From assembly GCA_905178155.1 (NCBI GenBank), contig CAJINV010000005.1, positions 3,885,556 through 3,949,555 of the forward strand: a stretch of DNA of 64,000 nt, in the 5' to 3' direction. The notes under the pieces are model-generated. The model saw nothing but the letters and a program-made list of their open reading frames with translations, was not told the DNA's origin and searched no databases. Position numbers and translations under genes: made by a program. This DNA is from Amoebophrya sp. A120. Taxonomy: Eukaryota; Protista; Dinoflagellata. Below, piece after piece: positions 22,201 to 33,128 of this stretch. How positions within the stretch are numbered: the first letter of the stretch is position 1; each line of letters opens with the position of its first letter.

Positions 22201-23400
22201 TTATCGTCATGACCCGATGTCGGATCTCGCGCCTGTCCTTCTGCGAAAGCCCTAACTTGACGGCCATGCGCTTGCCGCGGTGGTCGGTGAGAAATTTCGG
22301 CTGGATGGTTTTCACGTTTCCAAACTGTATCTTTCGCGATGTGTAGAAATAGTCGATCTCATACCACCGCCCGGTTGCTGGATGCCTCCACGTTCCTCGC
22401 CTGTGGATAGCCTTAAATGTGTCCGGAATACACAACATGTTGTCGATGGCAAGTCGCATGTTGCTGTGTCCCGGACGGGGGTTCGCGGGGGGCTCCAACA
22501 GCAAGGCCGGCCCGATTGCCATCGCCGCACCTGCTTGCTCATCTTCCGGCACTTGTGGGAGCTGGGAAATTGCTGAGTTGAAGTCGCCGCCGAAAATGAT
22601 GCTGCTGGTCCCCGTCGCAAACAAAAGTTTTTCACGCCAAAGCAAGAACTGGTCCAGTTCTGCGAAGTCCGCCACCATGTCGCTTGGCTGATATCCCACC
22701 GCAAACCACGTCCCGCGAATGAAAATCGCCATAATGCGGGGGCCGAAATACTTGACGACCGGCTTGATGAGAGATTTGCCGTCTGCTGCGAACAGTATGG
22801 ACTTGTGCAAGACGATGGCCACCCGTCCGCCTCCGTAAACGTAGTGCTGGCCGTGGGTGAACTCATACCGCTTGATGTGTGCGCCACGTGCTCCGCTCCA
22901 AGCTACATCGGAAAGGAGGGCGACCTTCGCCTTGTTAGCCGCGATGTGTTGGAACACACCACGGACTTTCTCCGCCTGTTGCACCTGCTGAGGAGGAGCC
23001 GAGTGATCGACGCCCTCCAAGTACCGAAAATTTGCCCGCTGGCAGTTCTGTGTCAGTACAAAGACCCAGTCTCCTGGTGCTACCGGTTGATTGCAAGCGC
23101 GGTGGGGTCTGCGGATCCTGGTCGGGTCTCTGCGACCGCCCATGATCCGCTGGTGCTGCAAAACGAAGAAGCAAAGAAATGTAACGACTGCCAACATGCT
23201 CTCGGACCTGACAATGAAGCGCCCAGCGGATCCGGAGTCTGCTACGCCGGGACGCCCTCGGTTAACGTTCTAGTTAGAGACCCTCACATCGTTTGTCGCC
23301 CCGTCGTCGCTAGTAGTGAGCAAAGAAAAGGACAAAGACGGCGCGCTTCCCTTTTACCCGCGAGGTGGTGATGTGAGGAGGGACGAAGAGAACGAGATTA
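19260..23400 (-). mobile_element. Non-LTR retrotransposon, single ORF, RTE-like architecture (boundaries approximate)
   Basis: Contains the intact ORF 19346-23197; short 3' region ending in tgatgatgata on the minus strand; no TSD identified. Confidence 0.85.
19346..23197 (-). CDS. APE endonuclease - reverse transcriptase - zinc finger polyprotein (1283 aa)
   Basis: APE motifs LTQN, GYQP, GGDFNS, TWRHP..EIDYF, TDH; RT motifs YRAIAV, QRGFRS, IDFKKAF, GMKEG, LFADD; C-terminal CPHC..H...C and CKKC..H...C. Confidence 0.95.
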   Translation of the reverse strand: MLAVVTFLCFFVLQHQRIMGGRRDPTRIRRPHRACNQPVAPGDWVFVLTQNCQRANFRYLEGVDHSAPPQQVQQAEKVRGVFQHIAANKAKVALLSDVAWSGARGAHIKRYEFTHGQHYVYGGGRVAIVLHKSILFAADGKSLIKPVVKYFGPRIMAIFIRGTWFAVGYQPSDMVADFAELDQFLLWREKLLFATGTSSIIFGGDFNSAISQLPQVPEDEQAGAAMAIGPALLLEPPANPRPGHSNMRLAIDNMLCIPDTFKAIHRRGTWRHPATGRWYEIDYFYTSRKIQFGNVKTIQPKFLTDHRGKRMAVKLGLSQKDRREIRHRVMTITPTPPYEALRRDEAAQTAFGSETDANLRNEQRGETSSSLAERWEKFTTVVANSATAVVPTNQERGAQQYPPWLNVRKFREYKNEKEDLLCSRFLADGANERQELNRRLRKIEKDYRAAEKLDFEDYIDRIADQCQAEYGQCGRVDYARLRRTGVIFEPTAGARVRQAIPFTVEDAKTHFSKLMLRSAEVPQGFQEALERNLDQQPESADPMWGIPSEGEIAHCVKQMKDCALGVDQIHIAHIKHLGDETWDFLVNLVQDCFKTKTIPDAAHLVRMNALYKGKNLNPRLLDNYRAIAVATFLSKLCETILQKRLKHYLEGIGFYRETATQRGFRSDCSTADLVMMLQFIADQTRTVARASILDEIALILIDFKKAFPSVIRELVYRILRRAGVPATNVDFLAHLHDKATFYIMVDREPSEEWRATRGMKEGGPSSPDGYGILSEIMYRELARRLDGIKLAVTGDFLSKLAAFTDTQNIDPAAVRRVVALLFADDATLPTTLREAPQVESTIKDVATTFGQEVHPDKTERLLLQGPHFHYPGPLEKDGKPPIPPGFEEKVKVVGCELSTYHSAGVCLERHLKKARGAWAEWKPILLRARGRINYYKRGSLIKSNVLSHVYYNAAVRLWNERSYQEANVFINKMLRTITGTTIPGMCGVANNYTLRRKFGTQSARTAIERITIDYLGHKIRMGRDEPGEGVEKGNTYRARFPAGRTDHHLIYGKLITVAAGAQGNRRMQRRTLAKQWLEILARAQLRPDMTRKQWHEAATLYIRKIEEQERLAAYAADGGGNVEKRRDELYAGHGVNAGASEIRLRKNVHEEGELIASHSVISQHQCPHCFVRFPDGGSGFKSHKTRCAKVDYSGVDFDQVICIRTYAGGRTQLPWGNRWHCKKCGTTGTDGKATSGQGVQCARKLTQHALTCDPAQKKGRRQDEVLQYLADLQAFDVANPIVD

Positions 23401-23479
23401 CCATTCTGCCATTACACCCCTTAGTTTTTGTGTGACCCCCAAAAAGAAAAAATCCTCACGATGAGGGTGGCGCAATTAT

Positions 23480-24310
23480 TTCAGCCACATATATTTAAGA
23501 CAAATACTTCATGATCAACCCATCATAATTTATTCCAATTTATCTCTAATTTTCGTTTTCCGACTCATTCAAAAAAAAATTATTTTTCTCGATGGAATAA
23601 TACCAAAATCAATCAATCATCCATCATAAATGTGAATTCTCAAAAATATTTGACATATTCCGATATAAATCCAGATGCAGATCCTGGGAGAATTCCAAAA
23701 TAAAAATCGGAATACGAAAGAATCTGCAAAAGATGGAACCATCGATCGAATTTTTCAATCAATGAATGAAAAATTCAGATAAAAAATTTTTTCGGATCGG
23801 ATATTCGAATACCCAGGAATATGGAATAACAAAAAAATCAAATATTCTTTCTTGTCATGTCTGGTCATGACTCAGATTGTCATTGTGGCCCGGTCCGAAA
23901 TTGTCTGTCATCATTCTCATCATCATGTAATTCTCTCGAATGATGAAGATAAGGATAAAGATAAAGATGATGAAATAGAAAAATGGTAATATTTGAAGAG
24001 TAAAGAGTGTCAGGATCTAGCTCAAGAGTCAAAGATTAATCTATCCCTTGCTAAGCAGAAAGTCATGATGGTCCATCAAATATTCCAAGATCAATCCAGA
24101 TTCAAATATTTCTTTTTTGATTCATTCATGAATCGTTACTTTCTTTCTTTCTTTCTTTCCATGCCCGGGCATGGCTTCAAATGTTCAAGGCCCTAAAAGT
24201 TCCGTTGCAATCCCATGAGAAAATTAAGAATCTGATTGATCTCATCAAAAATCAAAACAATGACCAAGATGGAATCCGAAGATGAAGATGATCATATTTT
24301 TCAAAATGTT
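23480..24310. other. Second AT-rich non-coding block
   Basis: Same composition as 17040-18000; shares ccatcataatttatt and a ccatgccc..aaagaaag motif in inverted orientation. Confidence 0.7.
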
Positions 24311-25845
24311 TGTAGGTTTCGGGTACTCACACAGAAAACAAAATGAGGATCAGAGCTGGCTGATGTTTCACCGTATTCAGCTTTACACAAATGATATGCA
24401 TTTGCGAATTCATGGACCACCACGACGAGGTGTGTTGTTGTGATATTCATCCTTGGGATTGTTTCTGAGTTATCTTGTTTGTTTGTTGTGGATGGCCACG
24501 TTGAACTTCTTAAAAATGTTTTGCTTTCTCCTCACGTAAAGTTTTTTTTTGAAAAAAAGCGAAAGCGGAAGCTGAAAATCAAGTCTTGCAGCTGTTGTCG
24601 AAGACCAGCTGAAATTCTAAAAGTTACTGCTTGCTGCAACGCGCAGAGAAGGTTTTTTGTTTTTGTGTGTTTCTTACTTTTTAGCTGTCTTTTCCTAGTG
24701 TGATTCAGATCGTAGACGATCTGTCTTACGCAGCTGTTGCTGAGTCTATCTTTTTTCGTTTTAGGTTATTAAACTCCTTGACTTTGAGAGATTGACTAGC
24801 TGACTTTGAGCGCTACCTATCGCGACCTTCGCGCCTCAGATATTACTTCCTCCGTTGTGTAGGTGGGCCAGCCGTCCGTGTGCCGTCTAGCCCATTTCGA
24901 GGCACGTAAACGCGTCGCCTTCCCCAGGTTGATATCACTGCGCTTCTCTGAGTGGTCTCTTTCGGTATTTATTGCTTAACACTCCTAGTCATTATAGTTC
25001 TGACCATGGAAACTATGCAAACCACTGCTAGGAGAGTGCGCCCACTCTGGCTCTTTTGTCTGGGCGCAGGCGCTTTCCAAGTGTTTGCACTAGAAGCACT
25101 GCCTTTGTTGTCCACAACGCCTTCGTTGGCAAAGACGTTGCTCTGCAGGCAGGGCGTGGGGGCTAACGATGAAAATCAAGAATCCATGGCGCATGCTACG
25201 GCCCGGCCAAGACGCCCAGTAGCGTATCATACGCTACCGGTCGTCTTGGGCGGGCTGCGCCTTTTTTTTTCCTCCACCCGAGAGTGCTAAATTAATTTTG
25301 AAAAGCAGCCGACATCACCAGACGCCGCGGAATAAATCAGACCCCTGTTGCTCTTGTGGCCGCGCCATGCTGACGCCGAGTCATGGCAGGCGGCTTGGCG
25401 TTTTGGTTAGATTTCTGGCCGCGAGTTTGGTGCCTCTGTCTGGGCACACAAAACAACTAGAATCTGGGGCGCTGGGCGCCTTGAAGGGTAGCACGCAGTG
25501 CCGCTTTTGCCGCCTGAAGTGCGTCGCTTGTCATGTGGCAGCCGCTAGGATGCCGTCACACCCAGAGCCGCATCGTAATTGGAAAAGGAACGCGTGGTAC
25601 GTACGACATTGGCGGCCATTTCGTTTCCGCGGGAGGTGTTAAAAAACAAAGAGCCAGCAGTGTAGAACCCTCGCAACCTCGGTGCGCACAAAAAGAAAAA
25701 GTTTCATTGCGCTCTCTGTTATCGGATATAGAAATTCATAAGTAAGTACTTATCGACGTCCACTGGTTCCCTGCTGGTGCTAGGCGACACACTTTGACAT
25801 GTCTCGTTCACAAAACGGACGAGCGGGCAGGCGCAGGACCGGAGG

Positions 25846-28800
25846 TCACACATTCTGAGAAGAGCGGGGAGGTGAGGAAGCTACATCTTCGTCATCCAGT
25901 GCTACTTTCTGCGCCGGTTTGTTAGACTTATCACGTTGGGCTTGCTCAGCGCTCTTCTGGTCCAACGTCCCGTAGCCGACCGTCGCTCCGGCAGGCGACA
26001 GTATTTGCCGTTCCGCTGGCTGCGTCTGTGCGGACAGTTGCTCCTGCTGGTCTCGGTCCTTTCCCGGAGATTCGGTCATCGAGGCACCGCGCTCCCCTCT
26101 TTCGACATCCACGAAGTTGCGGGGCGAAGCTGTTTCATTTTCACTGATGTCGCCATCGTCGGGGGAAGATCGTGTGCCGCAAAAACGGGTCGAAAACCAG
26201 CCCACGCGTTTGGCCCTGAGGCTTGGATGGCGCACAGCGTAGAGGAGTAGAAACACAACCACCGCGATGACGACGAAGATAAGGGAAACGAATACGACTT
26301 CCGCATGGTCGTGAATGACGTCTTGCGCGGCGTGTATTCCGTAGGCGAAGAAGTACTGAAGGTTGGAGTGCGCTGGATTTTTTGAATGTGGGTGAGCGTC
26401 TACGGTCTCCGCGGTCGATGACTGCATGGGCGTTCGCATCTTCAAGCTCCCGTCTTCACCATATGTGGCGCTGCTGCTGCTCAACATAGCAGATTGCGAC
26501 CACGTGCTCGTCGCGCCGTCGCTGCTAAGCCGCCTGTTATCAAAACTGGGGGCCTGCTTCTGGCTGATAGTGCCTGTGATCTGCTTCTGAGTCGGTCCTT
26601 CCTCCTCTTGCGAGAGCGACGCGGTGGTTGCTATTTCGATGGACGAGATAGCGCTGGGCAGGTCGCCGTCATCCTTCTTGGCATTAGGGGTTGGCAGCTC
26701 GTCGACCTCCAGTGCCACCATTGCTCCTTGCTCACCTCGGTTTACCTCAGTGGATGCTTGCCCTACTTCGGTGACTGGTTTTTCATCGATCCCATACTTC
26801 CTCAAATCGGAATACGAGGGCAGTTGGACCGTGGGTGGGTCTTCTGCAGTAGCCCGATCACGAAACTTCTGAATCGTCGGAGAGGGGCTCTCGACATGTT
26901 CCCCTTCTGAATCGTCAGAGAGGGGTACTCGAAAGAGCAACCAACTCGGTACGGCTTCATATGATTGCGCTTGCGCACCGCTCGGAGATTTACCGCTCGG
27001 AAATTTCTTCACATAGATACAGGTCGCCCACTGGTTGGTTTTTCCATACGGACTTTCATCCGCTGTAGGTGTTGTGAGAAAGTTTAATGCGCCGTCACTG
27101 TACTTCAAGCAGCGCATGCTTCGCTGCTTGACGTCTACGATGACAAGAAGGTCCTTAATCCCTTCTTCAGCAGCTTCCATTTCAGCGAAAGTCTCCTGCG
27201 TAAACACATCCACGTCGTTTTTTCCGCAATAAAATTTGAACTGCTCCGATTTCGTCGTGGAGATCTTATTGTCTTCCGTCGTAGGCAGGTTTGGGGGGTG
27301 TCCCCGACACCAGGCAATCCCTTCCTGAAGATTTATTGGCCCACTATCTCCTTCAGCCTTGGCATTCCTAAATGGCTCTACTGTCTTGAGTGTTTCTTCA
27401 TTCAGCCCATTATTCCTCAATGTTGAATATGAGGGCAGTTGGACGAGCTTGCTTTTGCCTTTTTGATCTTTGGGATTGGGTGTTGATCGCTCACGCAGCT
27501 CCTTAATTGTCTCAAAGGGGCAGCGAAAAAGCAACCAACTCGGTGCGAATTCACGCGCTTGTGTCTTGTCAGGTGGTGGGGATGAAGACGAAGGCACTGG
27601 AGAGAGGTCTTTTGTTGTTCCGGAGAGGTCTTTTGTTGGTCCGGAGAGAGGTCTACAGGTCGCGGAGAGGCCTTTTACTTGTCCATACGGAAACGCTGTT
27701 GTAGCCTTTGTGAGGTGATTCAAGGCCTCCTCGCTGTACTTGAAGCAACGCAGTGCGTTGCGGGTGAAGTCCACAACGATAAGAAAAGTTTCTTGCGGGT
27801 CTTCACCTACTTTCGTTACCCCAAAAAAAGCATGATTTGCCGATGCGAATTCATCATCGGTGTCTTTTTCGCAATAAAATGCAAACGGTGCTGGTGTTGC
27901 GGCGACATCGATCGTTTTCGGGAGCTGAGAACCGCGGGAGGTGTCGGAGCCAACGGCTCCAACAATAGGCGAGCCCTTCGTCGAGGTTTATTGGTTGGCC
28001 GTCGCTGCCTTCGGATCGGGCGGCTTGCGCTGCAGTCGAGGCCTTCCCTGACGACACAGTCGTAAGCGCCACCTGTGGATCTGCTCCTGGTGCTACCATG
28101 CCCTGCTTTTTAACAATACGGAGCATTTCTTCGCAGTCGTTGTCTTCATGAGCTGCCGCGGTTCCCGCATTGGCGCTGGCGAACGCGAGACGGAGACAGG
28201 GCGGCTTCATGAGGCCGGCTATCTGACTCCACGGCTTGGGTCCGGTAACCTTTTCTGCAGAAGCCAGCCTGAGGACGCGGCTGTTTATCTGCTTGCGTGT
28301 GCTTTGCGGGGCTGGGCAAAACAAAACCGACGGGAAGCCAGTTGATGTAGCGGATTGTCCTTGTGATGAAGTAAGCGTGATGCGTGCGGGCAGCAAGGCC
28401 GCGAGATCCGGCGCGACGGGCTCTCCAACGTCTGTCTTCATTCCACACTCGGCCTCGTTAACAAACACACCACTTGCGTTAACGCAATCATCACAGACAA
28501 TATCGTTTTCTCTCTTTGGATCTCCGGTCACTTTCTTCTTGATATGGTGCGAAATAGGTGCGGTCCCGATGTTCGTTGTGTTTTTTTGTCCATTCACTTT
28601 TAAGTACTCAATTCGTCTCGCTGCAATGCCTTTTTAGGCCAGAACACCTACCACGAGGGAGCTGCACCTCTTTCGTACCATGCGTTGGCGGCACTGTTCT
28701 TGATGCCTACCTTCTCCTGCTCCGGTTGCTGCCGTTGCACAAGGTCCACCATCTCCTCCAGGAATTCCTCGAAAGCGTTAAAAGTTCGCATTGCCTTTTC

Positions 28801-31800
28801 CTCGACCCCCAGCGGTGTAGCCTGAGGAACAAAGCCATTCGCACGCAATTCCTTCCTTTTCTTTTGGACCTTCTTGTAAAGCTCTGCCAGTCTTATTGTG
28901 CGGATCAATCCCCGTGCCCATCTTAGTGAAGCAGACATTGCTTAATATGCGTGATTTGCTTGCATTGCTATGCTAGAAGGCGAAGAGACGCAGCTGCGGC
29001 CTCCTTAGTTTATTCTCTGATTTGTTATGTTATTCCGGGCAAAGCAGTGGACTCCTGACATCAGCACTATATTGTGTACAGAAACCAAGCATGACAAGTT
29101 TTTTGTTTTTGGAATGTGGGGAGGGGGGATCTTTCATTCTGATAAATCTCGCGGCGTAATTTCTTGCCGCCTGTGCATCTACCTCCAGATGCCCGTTTCC
29201 CATGTTCGCGCCTATTCGGATTGCGCAACTTGTGCGTTTGAAGTACCGACGAAGGTTTTCTGGATAGTCGAACAGTTCTGCGACTGCGACGGACCGGACT
29301 AGTCGGGAGCTGCCCGCTAACTTCTGAAATGTACTAATGGAGAGCCCTTCGGTTTCGCACCAAACATGCAACAGCAGGCCTGTCCTTCTATTGTAGTCTT
29401 CTCTTCGTCCCGGTGCCGGATTCGACTGCAGGAGGTTGACAATCGCACCCTCGTCGGAGATCTTGTCATGGATTCGAAACATCAGCTCGTTCGCTGTTTT
29501 CTGTACGCTGGACGCCGGGACCCGCCATTGTTCATCTGCGCCAGCATCTCCTGCAGCTTGACGGTCTGACCCATGCAACAGATACCGCGCAAGTGTACGC
29601 GCCGTGTCCGGAGGGGCGCATTCTGTGCGAGACAGGGGGCTTTTCAAAAGCAGGGGAACCGGACGGGGGCCCATGATGGCGACCGCGAAGTCGGGCCACT
29701 CTCTTTTCACGGCATCCACGAGGTCAATTTTGCCTGTGCTCGCACTGGATAGTTTCACCCCGGAGGGCGCTTGCACGGCCGTGCCGCTTGTCGCCAAGCT
29801 ATTTGTAGCAGTTGTAGGCTGTCCATGTCCTGTGTTGGGAGCGCTGTCCTGTGCAACGACTTGTTCTTTCACCGTGGACGCACCAAGACCAGCACCAAGA
29901 GTTGCCGGGACGCCACCAAGAGCGGCCCGGACGTCACCAAGAGTGGCCCGGGCGCGGCCCATAATGGACTTTTCATCCTTATCCTTTTTCGGAACAAAGG
30001 GATCGATGGTGCATCTGTTTTTCAGCTCTTCTGGTGTAGCTGGCGCAGCTGGTGAAAGACAGGAGGTATCACAACGCTCATCCGCATAGCGTTTTATTTG
30101 TCGCCGTACCACACAGTATGCGTAAACAACAATCGCTAGCCTGGTCTTGTCAAAGTCGTCGAGCGAGGATGAGCTTTTCCAGCCATCTGCAAGGCTCGCA
30201 AAGCCATTGATGCCGGAATAGGCACGCCACGAACTGAAGGACACGCCTTGTACTGCCCCGTAAATGATTTCGAGCTTTTTACGTGCGGCATCCTTCATTT
30301 TGCCCCGCTCTCCAGGCGAGAATGTCATTTCCAACACCCTCTTCCTCGGTGCCTTCCTTACGTCCAGTCGACCATTGTGGATTCCGAAGGTAACTTTTGG
30401 CTCCGGGAGGACCTGCGGCATCCCGGATCCTGCGGCGGTTTCAGGAGGTGAGAGAGGGGATCGCGTCGATGGCGTCGATAGCGTCGCGAGTTCGTCCATC
30501 ACTATCATGTCTCGGAATGTGCTCGGCTGCAAGCGGCCCATTTCCTTCAGGTTTATTAGCAAATTGCTTGGTTCAAGGTCGAGTTTAGTCTCGCCTTTTC
30601 GCTGCTGCGCCTCGGTTTTCTCGGCCTCATTATCCGCGATCAGTGTTCCAGAGAGTTTCGGGCCCACTATTGGCGAGCTTTTAGAATCGTAGGCAAGAAT
30701 GTCTTCATCAGTGGTTTCGCGCATATCTAGCAATTCCGCAAGCAGTTCCTCGCCATTCGCGCGTTGGGGGAAATCTACATCGGCAAATTTGATTTCGTGC
30801 AGGTCAAACGCCTTGTACCAACCAAAAACAAAAGCCGTTGTATAGCGCTGAAAAAGTGGTCATACTCCAATACCAACACGCGCAAACTGTGAGACAAAGG
30901 CAAGTCTTGGCTCGCATCTTTCGGCGTGCGAGTTACTGTCTAAAACATGCAGCTAGTGAGTGGCTCGAGCAAGTCCTTTGTGAAAGCTTAGACACCGGGG
31001 CAAGACCAAACACTGCGAGTAGACGCGTAGTGTGAGTTGGTTGCGAAACTCACTGCAACACCACGCTGCCTCCTCCCCCGTGCGAGCAAATCAACATCCA
31101 AAGAGCCGTCGATGTCGAGCAACTCGCCTCTCATGCTCGACCTGCCGGCAAGCCGGACCCCAGAATCACAGTGCAACGCACGTTTTCAGGGATCGCGTTT
31201 GTTATTTTCTGTTGCAAACATCCACAAAAGTCGCAAAAACTGACGAGCTGAACAGCCTGATTTCGGGTGGCCACTTGCGTGAAAAGTGGTGCTTGTGCTT
31301 CTGCGTAGAACATCAGACCTAAGTGGCCACACTCAAAAGCATAGATTTTCACCCGTCACACTTTTTTCTCAAAAATTCGTAAAAGCTGGCAAAGAAAAGT
31401 ATGACTATGACCACTTTTTCAATGCGATATGCTAGTCTAGCGGAGTACGTTCCGTAGTTGTTGCCTGCATCGGGACCCGCTCCGTCGGATGGAAGAGGTA
31501 CGTTTCGAAACGTATTGCGTAGCCGGACGGCGACGCCCGCGGCTTGAAGCTCAACTGGGAATAACTCCGGAACATTGTGCACAGCAAAGTTCGCTTGCCA
31601 ATTCGGAAGTGATTCGAAGCGAATATCTCGATATCCTTTTACGATCCGATAGCTATACGGTTTAGCAGCTTCATGGCATTTTGCTACTGCTTCTGTCTCT
31701 CCATATACAGTGAGTTGAAGCGCTGTGCTAGCTGTCGTCTGCGATTGGTCTTCGCCCTCCAACTCGTCGACGAAAAGAGATGAACCAGTAGACGTTCCAA

Positions 31801-32347
31801 TCATGCTGCTGGCACTTGGGCCAGAGATTTTGCCGGTGGTACGCGGAGACGTGGAAGTAACTGCGCGCAACGTTCCTGAGTTTTTACTTGGGTCTGCCCC
31901 TGCAGCGTTTCTTGAGGGTTTAGGTGGGGCGGAAGGACTCGGTCTAGGAGGCGTCAGATGCTGCTGCTGCGCCTGCGTTTGCGAGTGTGGATCAGTCGCC
32001 AATCCGGCAATCCGTGCATCCGAGTTCGCGGCACTAGAGCGTGACAATGCATTCTCGGAACTGAGCGTGGGGAGAGGGGTCGACGACGAAAAACCTTCTT
32101 CGTCCAATTTTTCCCGGTCGGTTTGTTGACTCGCCCCAGTGGTAGTTTCACCCTCCTGCGCGGCATCGCGAGCCACACCAGCAGCCGTTCGATCAACTAG
32201 CCCGGTACAGTCCTGGATGAAGAAGAAGGACCACCAGCGTGGTCGAGGTCGCAAAAGCAAAACAAACGTCATGCGCATCCTTTTCACAGCATGGCCAGGG
32301 CTTGGGCGATCCATTGAGGATGCCTGAGTGACACAGACCTTCGTCAA
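25846..32347 (-). CDS. Large predicted single-pass membrane protein with a duplicated Cys-containing domain (one gene or adjacent genes)
   Basis: Long - strand ORFs at 31349-32347, 29030-30733, 28648-28938, 27854-28597 and 25846-27774. The introner at 28894-29144 joins AAR|LAELYKK. TM helix VVFVSLIFVVIAVVVFLLLYAV lies near the C-terminus. Confidence 0.55.
28894..29144. mobile_element. Introner family C (degenerate, 251 bp)
   Basis: Internal tgctagaaggcgaagagacgcagctg matches C copies; right TIR ggggaggggggatctttcattctgata; DR agtct/aatct; frame restored. Confidence 0.85.
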
Positions 32348-33128
32348 GGTTTTGTCGTGATGTTTCGCCTTCAGCCGGAGTGGCCCACGGTCACTCGCGG
32401 TTCCACGGCCATTAGTGAGCGAAGCCGATGCAACTCGAGTAGTAAATTATAATTGCCCCACACACAGTGGTGCTTGGCCACTGATTTCTTTCAATAAAAG
32501 CAGCACCTCACGCTCACACGCGCACGTGTCCATTTTACGTGGCGCTTCCACCCTGGTTGCTATTCTCTTCTTGATGTTGCTCTCTGGTGCGTCGCACTCC
32601 TGATGTGGTAAATCAGAGCCATGCATAAATTTTCTTTATCCCACGGCTGCGTCCCGGGGCAAGCGCGACGACATTTCCTCACACAAGTTGCCACAGCCAT
32701 ACAGGTTTTTTTTGTGCCTCGTGCAACTAGCTACATGAAGAGCATCATTTGATGGACATCATCTCATCAATTCCCTTGCCACCACAGGGTGGCACTCTCC
32801 TGAGAACCAAAAATATTTTACGTGGGTCCACACTACAAATTGAAATTCCGCCTCTAAACCTACGAATGCAACGTCATAGATTAAATGAAGCCATAGATCC
32901 TGCTATGGATTCCGCAACTTTTCAACTTGTAGCCAATGAGCAATATTGAATCTGCACTGCTTCGGAATACTATCAAAATCACAATCAGTCCGCTCTCTCT
33001 GAAGATTCTGGCCCCTTTTCCTCGGCCTCAACGTCGTGTTCGGTCAAAGTACGTGTATCGCCTCACTACAAGTGAACAAGCTGCACCAGAAGAAATTGGT
33101 TTGTGTCGGGTACTATCATGCAAGGGCG

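Noticed and set aside
17000-24330. Defined large DNA transposon with TIR and TSD around the AT-rich island
   Set aside because: Only very short terminal similarity (cgaacc / ggtttcg) and no convincing TSD. Kept only as an alternative hypothesis.
27598-27680. Tandem repeat of about 21 bp
   Set aside because: In-frame coding repeat (LSGPTKDLSGTTKDLS), an ordinary low-complexity expansion.
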